IMG/VR virus record: IMGVR_UViG_3300036399_001571
Coordinates: 108,520 to 172,519 of that record
Length of the DNA stretch: 64,000 nucleotides
Source of the DNA: a virus
Reading direction: 5' to 3' (one strand)
Position 1 is the first letter of the stretch; each line of letters begins with the position of its first letter. Below the pieces are notes generated by a model. The model did not search any database and was not told the origin of the DNA. It saw only the letters and a program-made list of their open reading frames with translations. The position numbers and the translations under genes are program-made. Below, in pieces: positions 8,754-17,458 of the stretch.

Positions 8754-9124
8754 GCGACACACCGAAAAAGCCATTCAATGATGTATTTGTTGGAAAAGAA
8801 TACGAAGATTGGAAAGCAATTGGCGAACAGCGAGGCTGGGAGAGCGGGGCTAAAGCGCCCACTCGGCAAGAAATACAGGAAGCACTTGAGGCAGGTGACG
8901 AAACTACCTTGCTTATGGACGGGTTTGACGAAGCCTTTATCGGTTGGTCACGCCGTATCAACGAACCACTACTTGCCGTCTACGACTATGACGCAATAAT
9001 CAAGGTTTGTGTTGAGCGAGACGGTATGGATTTTGAGGAAGCCGTTGAGTATGTGGACTACAATGTCATAGGTGCTTGGGTTGGCGAACAGACACCAATA
9101 ATCGTTATGCCGTTTATCCACTAA
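8750..9124 (+). CDS. conserved phage hypothetical protein (124 aa)
   Basis: DGFDEAFIG...AVYDY...EEAVEY..YN..GAWVGEQTPI pattern. Confidence 0.7.
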   Translation: MSDTPKKPFNDVFVGKEYEDWKAIGEQRGWESGAKAPTRQEIQEALEAGDETTLLMDGFDEAFIGWSRRINEPLLAVYDYDAIIKVCVERDGMDFEEAVEYVDYNVIGAWVGEQTPIIVMPFIH

Positions 9125-9141
9125 TTTACTATCGGAGAAAA

Positions 9142-9459
9142 ATGACAGCAGTAGCAGTAAGAGTGAGCGCACCACCGAGTGGCGATTTGCCTTGTACTGG
9201 CAGGCAGGATTTGTTTTATGGCAAGTACGCCGAAAGACCTGAAGCACGATTGCGCCGTGAAGAAAAAGCCAAAAAAGTTTGCGCTACTTGTTCACAGGCG
9301 ACTATTTGCCGTGATTACGCCCGTAGTAATGGCGAAGTGTTTGGTATTTGGGGCGGAGAAACAGAAATGGAAAGATACAGCGCAGGATTTATGTTGTCAG
9401 TACCACCTCACTTGTCACGGAGAGTTGTTACTATGAAAGAAAGATATGGGAACTTATAA
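9142..9459 (+). CDS. whiB: WhiB-family Fe-S transcription factor
   Basis: Four Cys (C..., CATC, IC) and GIWGG turn; GGAG RBS. Confidence 0.9.
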   Translation: MTAVAVRVSAPPSGDLPCTGRQDLFYGKYAERPEARLRREEKAKKVCATCSQATICRDYARSNGEVFGIWGGETEMERYSAGFMLSVPPHLSRRVVTMKERYGNL

Positions 9460-9670
9460 CGATTTCCTCGCCACGATTTCTATTTACTACGAGCGACAAC
9501 TTGTAGCAGGTGGAGACTTGCGATACGGGCAAATGTATATGAACCACCTTTGGGAGATAAAGCCCCGCATAGCAGAGAAACTAAATGGTTCGTTGCTTGA
9601 CCCGTTTCATAGGGATAATTGCCCACCTAAAGTCCACGAGTTTGTAGAAAGACTTTGGTCTAGCGAATAG
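9446..9670 (+). CDS. hypothetical protein (74 aa)
   Basis: Overlaps the WhiB stop, same operon. Confidence 0.65.
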   Translation: MGTYNDFLATISIYYERQLVAGGDLRYGQMYMNHLWEIKPRIAEKLNGSLLDPFHRDNCPPKVHEFVERLWSSE

Positions 9671-10003
9671 GACAGCAAGACGAACGGCGAGGTTTCTGAA
9701 TAACCCGTGAAGGCTTTGGTTCAGCCTCTTTTTTCTTCTTTTTTTCTTCGTCTGCCATACAACAAGAATACACCTTGCGTTTCGAGCTGAGCCCCGCTAA
9801 CATCTCGGTATGAGTATGCCCCCGCTTTATACCTGTATTGTTTGCCAAAATGGAATTGACCCAAGCGCAGCGAGTTCTCTTAGGTTGGCAACCGTTTGGC
9901 TAAAGAGTAGCGGTAAGACAGTTCACGCCGTTGAGACCGAACTGTATCGCTATCGTCACAGTTTTTGTAGTCTTGACCCGAACTTCCAGCAGGACAGTTT
10001 GTT

Positions 10004-10195
10004 CTAGCCAAGCCTCATTGCGCCAATTGTTGGGTTCATTTCTCCAAGCGTCTTGCCAGCCGTATTGTTCGTGACGGCAACCCGAGCGTCAAGGTTGTTG
10101 AGTGCCACCTGAACTGCGTCAAGTTTCTTGTTTATTTCCTCAACCGAATTCATTACCGACTTCATTGCTTGTTCTAACGAGGCTTCTATTTCCAT
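10004..10195 (-). CDS. small coiled-coil protein (63 aa)
   Basis: MEIEASLEQAMKSV... heptad-like pattern. Confidence 0.45.
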   Translation of the reverse strand: MEIEASLEQAMKSVMNSVEEINKKLDAVQVALNNLDARVAVTNNTAGKTLGEMNPTIGAMRLG

Positions 10196-10225
10196 AACGC
10201 CAAGCATAGCAAGTATGATGAGCCA

Positions 10226-12148
10226 GTGAGACTTTATCTTGACCACGATTTACTAGCCCTTGACTTCCCGTATGACCCAGCACAAGTTGCCGAAGTCAAG
10301 TCAATAGCCGGGGCTAGCTGGGACAAGGTGGACAAACTGTGGAAAGCACCCGTAGCCTCAATTGACGAGGTGCGAGCCTTTGCGATAAAGCACGATTTTG
10401 AGATAACAGACGAAGTACTTAGGTTCACTGCCCCAAAGAGAGCGTCACGAAAAGGTGTGTATCTCAAAGGTGACTGGACTTATATCCAATTCCCCTATGA
10501 CAAGGTTGTACTCAAAGCAGTAAAGCAAATAGCAGGGGTAACTTGGGATAACAAAGAGATGGCGTGGAGAGCGCCACTTACCTCAACAGCCGAAGCAATA
10601 GCGTGGGCTAACTCATTTGGAGTACTTGTGTCGCCCGAAGTACACGGAGTATCTGCCTCAATGACTAAGAAGTTAGATGAACTAAAGGAAGCCTCACGCT
10701 CAACCGACGCTGATATAGAAGTGCCTTCACTACAAGGAACGCTACTGCCTTACCAAAGAGCAGGCGTGGAGTATGCGTCTAAAGCCCGTAGAAGTTTTAT
10801 CGCAGACGAAATGGGACTTGGAAAGACGATACAAGCGATAGCGACACTGGAATATTCGTCAAAAGATAGCGAAGTGTACCCAGCAGTAATCGTCTGCCCC
10901 CCTTCACTTGTACTGAACTGGAAGTCGGAGTGGAATAGGTGGTTGCCTGATAGACGAGTTGCCGTTGTAACCAACCGTAGAGAGATACCAGAGCCCCGTT
11001 CATATGATGTGCTCGTTGTCGGATACTCAAATATTTCTCACTGGGAAAAGCAACTACTTGCGCATAACTCTTATGTGTTTGACGAGAGCCACTACGCCAA
11101 AAGCCCAACGGCACAGCGAACTAAGTCGGCTATAAAAATGGCAAAGAGTGCCCCTAAACACGGGATAGTCCTATGTCTTACTGGAACACCCGTAACCAAT
11201 AGACCAGCGGAGTACGCCAGCCAATTAGACATAATCGGAAAACTAAAAGAGTTTGGTGGCTTGTGGGGATTTTATAGACGGTATTGTTCAGCCTTCCAAG
11301 ACAGGTTTGGTCAATGGAATATCAGCGGTCACTCGCACCTTGACGAACTCAACGACAGGCTTCGTGGTACTTGCTATATCAGACGAACCAAGTCGCAAGT
11401 GCTTACTGAACTGCCACCCGTGATACACAGCACCCTTGTAGTAGAGGGGACTGATGCGGGGCTCAAGGAGTATCGGAAGGCAGAAAAAGACATAATAAAG
11501 TACATAACCGATAGAGCAAAAGAGATAGCGATAGAACTCGGGGAAAGCCCGTACTCGGCTTCGGTTATTGCGAGAATAAAAGCAGAAAGCAACGAACATC
11601 TAGTAAAACTCTCGGTACTTAGACGGCTCGCTGCGAAAGCCAAAATGCCAATGGTTGAGGAGTGGGTACAGTCCCGCATTGACGACGGAAAGAAAGTGGT
11701 AATCGCAGCGCACCATAGAGACGTGGTAGATGAACTCGCACGAAAGTTCGGCAACCTTCGTATTCAGGGTGGTATGTCGGTTGAGGAAGTGGAAGCACAA
11801 AAAGCACGATTTCAGAACGAACCCGTAGAGACTGCGCCAGTTATTGTGTTATCTATTCAGGCAGCGAAAACTGGTCACACGCTTACAGCCTCGCAAGACA
11901 TACTCTTTGTAGAACTGCCATACACGCCAGCAGACCTAGACCAAACTTACTCACGCCTTCACCGAATTGGGCAGACAGGAAGCGTTACGACTACTTATAT
12001 GCTCGTTGACGGGACTATTGACGAGGAAATCTATGCGCTCATAGAAAAGAAGCGCAAGGTAGTGAACGCTTCAGTTGAGGGTGGAGAGTTCGCTGAAGGT
12101 GGCAACGCTACGCAGTTGGTACTTGACTTACTCAACCGATATCGATAA
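10226..12148 (+). CDS. SNF2-family helicase/translocase with two HARP-like N-terminal domains
   Basis: LLPYQ, ADEMGLGKT, DESH, LTGTP, QTYSRLHRIGQ motifs; duplicated FPYD...K.IAG..WD...W.AP. Confidence 0.92.
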   Translation: MRLYLDHDLLALDFPYDPAQVAEVKSIAGASWDKVDKLWKAPVASIDEVRAFAIKHDFEITDEVLRFTAPKRASRKGVYLKGDWTYIQFPYDKVVLKAVKQIAGVTWDNKEMAWRAPLTSTAEAIAWANSFGVLVSPEVHGVSASMTKKLDELKEASRSTDADIEVPSLQGTLLPYQRAGVEYASKARRSFIADEMGLGKTIQAIATLEYSSKDSEVYPAVIVCPPSLVLNWKSEWNRWLPDRRVAVVTNRREIPEPRSYDVLVVGYSNISHWEKQLLAHNSYVFDESHYAKSPTAQRTKSAIKMAKSAPKHGIVLCLTGTPVTNRPAEYASQLDIIGKLKEFGGLWGFYRRYCSAFQDRFGQWNISGHSHLDELNDRLRGTCYIRRTKSQVLTELPPVIHSTLVVEGTDAGLKEYRKAEKDIIKYITDRAKEIAIELGESPYSASVIARIKAESNEHLVKLSVLRRLAAKAKMPMVEEWVQSRIDDGKKVVIAAHHRDVVDELARKFGNLRIQGGMSVEEVEAQKARFQNEPVETAPVIVLSIQAAKTGHTLTASQDILFVELPYTPADLDQTYSRLHRIGQTGSVTTTYMLVDGTIDEEIYALIEKKRKVVNASVEGGEFAEGGNATQLVLDLLNRYR

Positions 12149-12244
12149 GCCCCGCACTCGCTTCCGTTCTGTAAATCTGATATCGGGCTTACTAGGCTTA
12201 CGTTGCCGTAAGGCAAACGAGCCCAATGAAAGGGGGTGAGCAAA

Positions 12245-12421
12245 ATGGAACAGTGGCAAGAGGAGGGTTTCGCTTCAGAGGAGGAATTCTTTGAGTTACA
12301 GCGAAGCCTTTGCGAGGAGGAACAGCGGGCGGAATTCATTATGAGTTACGTCGCTGGTGGTGGCTTGTCAAGCGAGGCGCAAATCGCTTGGTTTCACCAC
12401 AACCACTCGTGGGGCGAGTAA
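12245..12421 (+). CDS. small acidic protein (58 aa)
   Basis: Downstream of plus-strand promoter 12170 and AAAGGGGG RBS. Confidence 0.6.
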   Translation: MEQWQEEGFASEEEFFELQRSLCEEEQRAEFIMSYVAGGGLSSEAQIAWFHHNHSWGE

Positions 12422-12482
12422 CCCACAGAGGCAGGGGCTGGGGCTGGCAACCCTTGTCCCTCGCCTGCGCGTGTGGCGGGGC

Positions 12483-12905
12483 TTACTCGGTTTCTTTGGT
12501 TGGAACTCTGCCCATAAGTTCGTCAGCAATTAGTTTTGCGTACTTTCTGCGCAGTTTCCATACTTTTTGGTTCATTTCAGCCATTGCGTCAGTGTTTCGT
12601 GCTTTCTTTATGCTGTCGCTGTCAAACACGCCGTACTTTCTGAACAAGATGTCGTCAATATCGTTGTTTTCTATCATTATGTCGGTAATCCAATGGCCCC
12701 GCTTGTCAATGCTAAGCAACAGTTCGCAAAGACCCTCAAATCCAAACTCGTTATAGACACGATTAGTCACTAAGTCACAAAAATGCGCACGATACATAGT
12801 CTCGGCTTCGGCAGTGTGCGTCATAAACTCACTCAGCCATACGGCGAGTTCTTCTTTTGACGGAATATCACCGTCTTCACTGTCAAACTCAAAGTCGTCT
12901 TCCAT
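12483..12905 (-). CDS. hypothetical protein (140 aa)
   Basis: ORF with GGAAGG RBS. Confidence 0.7.
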   Translation of the reverse strand: MEDDFEFDSEDGDIPSKEELAVWLSEFMTHTAEAETMYRAHFCDLVTNRVYNEFGFEGLCELLLSIDKRGHWITDIMIENNDIDDILFRKYGVFDSDSIKKARNTDAMAEMNQKVWKLRRKYAKLIADELMGRVPTKETE

Positions 12906-12961
12906 TAGCCTGCCTTCCGTTGCGCCGGGGCTCTAGTAATCAATGATACTTGTGGCAACTG

Positions 12962-13987
12962 TCAAGCCAAAGACAGAATAACTTCTTGCGCTAACACTTT
13001 CTTTTGTGTCACCCACGAGTTGTTGTTCATTGAGGCAAGCGCCCGTTCATCTGCTTTTGCGTCACGATAATGGTCAAGGTATTCAGCAATAGCGTTGTAA
13101 GCACTCCACCCGTTATACCCGTAGCCACCTGCGTTGCGTTCGTTGTCATACACGCCACGAACTAATGCCACTACCCCGTCACGGTTTTTCTTTTGTCTCT
13201 CCGTACCGTTCATTTCGTTCGGGAATACCTTGTCAAGTATCGTTGCGAGTTGCGCACTTCGTGGTGGAACGTTGATAGCAAGCAAGCGATTAGCCGTAAG
13301 TTGGAATGACTTCGCCCACTCCGTTGATATTTCTAGGACTTTTTGCGCTTCCTCAATAGCATTATCAGCGTTACGAGTGTGTCGTGCCGTGAATACCCGA
13401 CGAGCCGACGACTGCCCTGCGATTACCGTGTTTTTACACACCGCACGAATTGAGGTATTGGCAAAGGTGATAGCCGTCTTACCGTCGTGTCCGTTGCGAA
13501 CTAGCAAGTAACGGTCTATCTTGTCGTTGATACCCGTAGGGTCTATGACGAGTTGCCCCAAGTCAAGCGAACTAAAGAACTCTCTACCTTCGTCAAGTAC
13601 GCCACAAGTATCTACTACTGCGTCGCCCTTAGAAGCCCCGACTATTGCGAGGGCATACTCCAAGCACTCACGGTTTTGCTGTACGACATAGCGAGTGCCA
13701 ACCGTAGCAAGTCCGTCAAAAGTGCCGTCGGGGTTCACTCTCACGGTTGCCCGACTGTCCTCAATAACGACTGGCGTATTATCAGGATTTCTGATTAGGT
13801 TGCCCTCTGCGTCTACGACTGCGACTTTAGTAGTGACGACATCAAAGTCTGCTTGCGCCGCCTGAAGCATTGCCTCTGCTGTTTGTAGCCCCTTCATAGG
13901 CACTCCAAGCCTATGCCACGGGACTTCACGGTCTGCGTAAGCCATTTTCGCTACGCCCTTAGTGTCTACTTCTAGCATATGCGCCAT
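12962..13987 (-). CDS. DUF932 / phage-plasmid-like protein (TIGR03299-like)
   Basis: PWHRLG, VGTRYVVQQN, RNGHDGK, IRAVCKNT, WSAYNAIAEYLDH motifs. Confidence 0.88.
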   Translation of the reverse strand: MAHMLEVDTKGVAKMAYADREVPWHRLGVPMKGLQTAEAMLQAAQADFDVVTTKVAVVDAEGNLIRNPDNTPVVIEDSRATVRVNPDGTFDGLATVGTRYVVQQNRECLEYALAIVGASKGDAVVDTCGVLDEGREFFSSLDLGQLVIDPTGINDKIDRYLLVRNGHDGKTAITFANTSIRAVCKNTVIAGQSSARRVFTARHTRNADNAIEEAQKVLEISTEWAKSFQLTANRLLAINVPPRSAQLATILDKVFPNEMNGTERQKKNRDGVVALVRGVYDNERNAGGYGYNGWSAYNAIAEYLDHYRDAKADERALASMNNNSWVTQKKVLAQEVILSLA

Positions 13988-14088
13988 AACTTCGTGCCTC
14001 TCGCTGTTACTTCTAGTTAGATTTATCTAAAGGCAAGCATACACTCGCCCCCTGCCTCACAGTGTATGCCGGGGCTATCTCGACATAA

Positions 14089-14124
14089 CAAAAAGGGGGG
14101 CAGGCTGTGACACCTACCCCCTTC
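14089..14124 (-). terminator. Rho-independent terminator
   Basis: AAGGGGG/CCCCCTT stem with T-run on minus strand after 14137-14361. Confidence 0.6.
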
Positions 14125-14136
14125 GCTTTCGTTTTG

Positions 14137-14361
14137 TTAGTTGTATTCGTTGGTTAGCCAGTCATCACTTGACTTAGTGACTGGCGTAGCGAACTGACCA
14201 AATAACTGGCGAGCATATGGTGCGACAATTTCAGCGCCTCGCTTGACGGTCTGAAACTGCGTCACCTTTCTACCTGCCTTGTATCCAACGGCACTACCTA
14301 AGCCGAACGATACGACTGCTGTCATTGTTAGTAGTACGAGTACTGCGATTATTTCTATCAC
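14137..14361 (-). CDS. small membrane protein (74 aa)
   Basis: N-terminal hydrophobic helix; AAAGGGG RBS. Confidence 0.65.
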   Translation of the reverse strand: MIEIIAVLVLLTMTAVVSFGLGSAVGYKAGRKVTQFQTVKRGAEIVAPYARQLFGQFATPVTKSSDDWLTNEYN

Positions 14362-14397
14362 TTGCTTCCCCTTTGTTAGTAGTAACTTACCTACCTA

Positions 14398-14426
14398 AGT
14401 ATAGGGATAGTCATAGTACTTGTCAA
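14398..14426 (-). promoter_or_regulatory. sigma-A-type promoter TTGACA-17-TATACT
   Basis: Near-consensus boxes with 17 bp spacer. Confidence 0.75.
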
Positions 14427-14532
14427 GTCACCCGTACGACACCCGTAGGCACTTGCGAACTTCACAGAAATACGACTTGTGCCGTGTTTGTGTGGTTGTA
14501 TAGGTGGCGTGGTGGCTATAAGCCCCGGCTTT

Positions 14533-14811
14533 TCACTGCCTCTTGTCGTCTACGAACTCTGCGTATGCTTTCAGTGCTTCATCAGGTGCGCCGTCTACTA
14601 GATATTGGTGCATAACGCCTGCGAGGTCACGCCACTTGCCGTCACTTAGTACCTTCTCGGTAATCGTGTAGCCTTCGTGTTCGGTTGCCCAACTTATTGA
14701 GTGGGGCTGTGCCTTGTGTAGATAAGCAACGGCTTCGTAGTAAGTGCCGAAACTCTCAAGCACTGCGCCGTCTCTCGCTACTTCGTAACTAATCTGCGCT
14801 TCTGTGTTCAC
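14533..14811 (-). CDS. hypothetical protein (92 aa)
   Basis: GTGA-coupled to LysM gene. Confidence 0.7.
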   Translation of the reverse strand: MNTEAQISYEVARDGAVLESFGTYYEAVAYLHKAQPHSISWATEHEGYTITEKVLSDGKWRDLAGVMHQYLVDGAPDEALKAYAEFVDDKRQ

Positions 14812-15080
14812 TTGTCAAACCTCACTTCTTGAGACACTCGGATTACTTGTCCGTACTTCGCCACTAGGTCATCAGTCGCTTTCAGTGTGTTGCCGTGACA
14901 CCACTTGACTGCTAAGCCACTTAGGGTATCGCCTTCCTGAACGATTACTCGGTCAATATCGCAACGATAATTTTCGTCGCCTCGCATTGAGATAATCATT
15001 GCGATAATCGTCACGAGGAATACGAGTGGGAGTGTAATCAGGTCACGCTTGCTTGGTCGGTTTGTGTAGTGGTTGTTCAT
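14808..15080 (-). CDS. membrane-anchored LysM-domain protein
   Basis: TM helix then VIVQEGDTLSGLA; paralog of 7989-8321. Confidence 0.72.
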   Translation of the reverse strand: MNNHYTNRPSKRDLITLPLVFLVTIIAMIISMRGDENYRCDIDRVIVQEGDTLSGLAVKWCHGNTLKATDDLVAKYGQVIRVSQEVRFDK

Positions 15081-15108
15081 TGTCTGCCCCTTTCAGTAGG
15101 TACTAATT

Positions 15109-15137
15109 ACACTAGGGTAGTTTGTGACAAAGGTCAA
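15109..15137 (-). promoter_or_regulatory. sigma-A-type promoter TTGACC-17-TAGTGT
   Basis: 17 bp spacer, upstream of RBS of 14808-15080. Confidence 0.6.
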
Positions 15138-15289
15138 GGATTTCCGAGCCTTATGGGCATTGGGTTATACCCGTAGGGCTACCCGTAGGCACTGCGCCAA
15201 CCTCATAGGGATTAGTAGGTGGCAGGGTGAGTGTGTTGCCACTACCTATGCCGGGGCTTCGAGCTTGCTGTTCGGTAATGGCAGGTGGA

Positions 15290-16072
15290 TTACTTAGTGA
15301 CGGTGCGCTTCTTTGGTGACTTCTTAGTGACTTGCTTCTTTGGGGCGGTGCGCTTGCTCACTGTCACTGATTTGTTTGGCGTGGGTAGCACTGTCACGGT
15401 AATCGCTCTAGCACTCTCAACCACTAGCACTGTCGTTGTTGTCGTTGTCGTAGGTGCTTCGGTAATCACTGGCTCACTCTCAACCACTGTCACTGGCTCA
15501 CTGTCTGCTACTGCTTCGGCTGTCTCGGATACAGGGACTGTCGTAGTCGTGGGTGCGATAGTCGTTGTCGTAGTCGTAGGGGCGAGGGTAGTCGTAGTCG
15601 TAGTCGTGGTCGTAGGTGCTTCGCTCACGGCTTCATTACAACTAACTGAACAGTCGCCATTGGTGACTACTGGATTACTACTAGCACCAACCAACTGATA
15701 GACGGCACTACGAGCGAGGGCGGTATCTATTCCGTCACGCCATAGGGCGAGCATAAAGTTAGGGCGATAGCCGTTGCCACCTGAACCGTGACCAATACCA
15801 ACTCCGACATATTCGCACACTGCGAACCATTGGTGCGCTTTCGCTATCGCCTTACCTAGTGCGCTATGACCACCATTGGAATAGGTAACTAATCTCTCAA
15901 ATGCTTCAGTGCCTATCTCGGTGTCAATAATCGTTATGACTGTCGGTTGCTGTGACGAGGGTGCTTCTCTCGGCTCACTACACTCACTTGCTCTCGCTTC
16001 GGTGATAGTGACAAGGGGTAGCGATAGCGATAGGGCTAGGGCTAATGCGATAAAGGTTCGTGCTTGCTTCAT
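15290..16072 (-). CDS. secreted protein with Thr-rich stalk and Lys-rich tail (260 aa)
   Basis: Signal peptide MKQARTFIALALALSLSLP; poly-Thr runs; PKK-rich C-terminus. Confidence 0.7.
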   Translation of the reverse strand: MKQARTFIALALALSLSLPLVTITEARASECSEPREAPSSQQPTVITIIDTEIGTEAFERLVTYSNGGHSALGKAIAKAHQWFAVCEYVGVGIGHGSGGNGYRPNFMLALWRDGIDTALARSAVYQLVGASSNPVVTNGDCSVSCNEAVSEAPTTTTTTTTTLAPTTTTTTIAPTTTTVPVSETAEAVADSEPVTVVESEPVITEAPTTTTTTTVLVVESARAITVTVLPTPNKSVTVSKRTAPKKQVTKKSPKKRTVTK

Positions 16073-16130
16073 AGTAACTCTCTCTCGGTATGGGCTACCC
16101 GTAAGGCTACCCGTAGGCATTGGAATTTTT

Positions 16131-16487
16131 TCACTTTTTTTCGCTTATCCACTCACCACCACTGGCGAACACTGTCTCTCCCTCATTGGTGAAACTCCAA
16201 GCGTAATCGCAACAAGGCTTTTGCTCATAGGGGCTAGGGTGTGCGCCTTTCTCTAGCGACTTCGCTAGTAGTGGGAATGTCTCTAGTAACTTGACGATAC
16301 AAGCGTGGCAGATATTCCACGACTTAGGTTCACTATCAGACATTAGAAACTCAAGGTTGTCGGTGAAACCACCATAGAAACCAAATGCTTCATAGGGTAA
16401 GCACCAACCACTGTCTAGTGTTGTTGCTGTCGGGTGACTTACGAGCTTGACTTCATCACAAGCGTCACACTTCACTGCGTTGCTCAT
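16131..16487 (-). CDS. Cys-rich hypothetical protein (118 aa)
   Basis: CDAC, CHAC, CC; ATGA-coupled. Confidence 0.7.
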   Translation of the reverse strand: MSNAVKCDACDEVKLVSHPTATTLDSGWCLPYEAFGFYGGFTDNLEFLMSDSEPKSWNICHACIVKLLETFPLLAKSLEKGAHPSPYEQKPCCDYAWSFTNEGETVFASGGEWISEKK

Positions 16488-16777
16488 AGTGCGTACTCTC
16501 CACGCTTACGGCGATAGTGCGATACAAAGTCATCACTGTCGTAGTCACAAGGCGTCCACACTATGTCGGCTTCGCTAAAGGTATCGTCAAGGTGTAAGCG
16601 AACTACTACATAGTCAAATGCGTCATAGGCGTTGTATGCGATAAACCTCATACAGCCTACGAGGGTAGAACGGTGTTCGTAGTGACTAGGTAAGTCATAG
16701 CGACACATACTCCAAGCGTCACCATAAGAGGGACACTCAACCACTGCGTACCTGCGTCTATCTTTCTCAATAGTCAT
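16484..16777 (-). CDS. hypothetical protein (97 aa), probably leaderless
   Basis: ATG 6 nt after the -10 TACGCT of promoter 16798, no SD. Confidence 0.65.
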   Translation of the reverse strand: MTIEKDRRRYAVVECPSYGDAWSMCRYDLPSHYEHRSTLVGCMRFIAYNAYDAFDYVVVRLHLDDTFSEADIVWTPCDYDSDDFVSHYRRKRGEYAL

Positions 16778-16816
16778 AGTGTAAGCGTAGGGTAGGTGAT
16801 ATCAGAATTACTAAAT

Positions 16817-16905
16817 GGGGTAAGCAAGTAGGTAAGAGTAAGCAACGAGGTAAGCGAGTAGGTAGGTAAGCGAGTAAGTAAGTAGGTAGGTAAGTAGGTA
16901 GGTGT
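16817..16905. repeat. low-complexity GTAA/GTAG tract
   Basis: Irregular GGTAAG/AGTAGG/GTAA repeats in an intergenic gap. Confidence 0.6.
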
Positions 16906-17019
16906 TACCCGTATGCTACCCGTGTGCCTTGCGTTAGTCATACTCTCTCAACTTCAGTGCGAAATAGATAAGGGCGATACTTGCTAGGCAGAATAACTCA
17001 AGCACTGTCTCACCACTCA

Positions 17020-17220
17020 TTAGTCATTGCCTTGCGTATCGTTGCTATCCACTGCGTAGTCACTGCTGTCAAGCGTGAACTTAGGCATAACGAATAGCGT
17101 GTTGCCTATGCTGTATGCGTTACGGCTTGCGTTGTAAATTGCGTCAGGGAATAAGCGAACTAAGTCAATTGCTTTCAGTGGCGTATCGCTTAGGTGAACT
17201 ATGTTGCGTATTCGTGCCAT
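17020..17220 (-). CDS. hypothetical protein (66 aa)
   Basis: ATG after AGTAAAG; start uncertain. Confidence 0.5.
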   Translation of the reverse strand: MARIRNIVHLSDTPLKAIDLVRLFPDAIYNASRNAYSIGNTLFVMPKFTLDSSDYAVDSNDTQGND

Positions 17221-17233
17221 TGTCGTTGTCGCT

Positions 17234-17458
17234 TTACTTCGTACTAGCGACTGCGTGTGCGTAATAAATATCGTCACACCACTCTGCCAACTTCACTAAG
17301 TCGGCGACTAACGAACCTTGCGAGTTGAGCAACCCACGCAACCCATCAGGCAATGTTTGTGAATTGCTGTCACCACTGCGTGTTGTGTTGTGTATCGCCG
17401 TGATTAGGTCGCTAGCAATTTTTGCTATGTCACCAAAGTCGTTTGCGTTGTATACCAT
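17234..17458 (-). CDS. hypothetical protein (74 aa)
   Basis: AAGGGGG RBS; promoter at 17501. Confidence 0.65.
   Translation of the reverse strand: MVYNANDFGDIAKIASDLITAIHNTTRSGDSNSQTLPDGLRGLLNSQGSLVADLVKLAEWCDDIYYAHAVASTK

Noticed and set aside
15700-15950. Subtilase-like domain in the secreted Thr-rich protein (ITIIDTEI, GGHS)
   Set aside because: Only loose resemblance and no catalytic Ser region; cannot support
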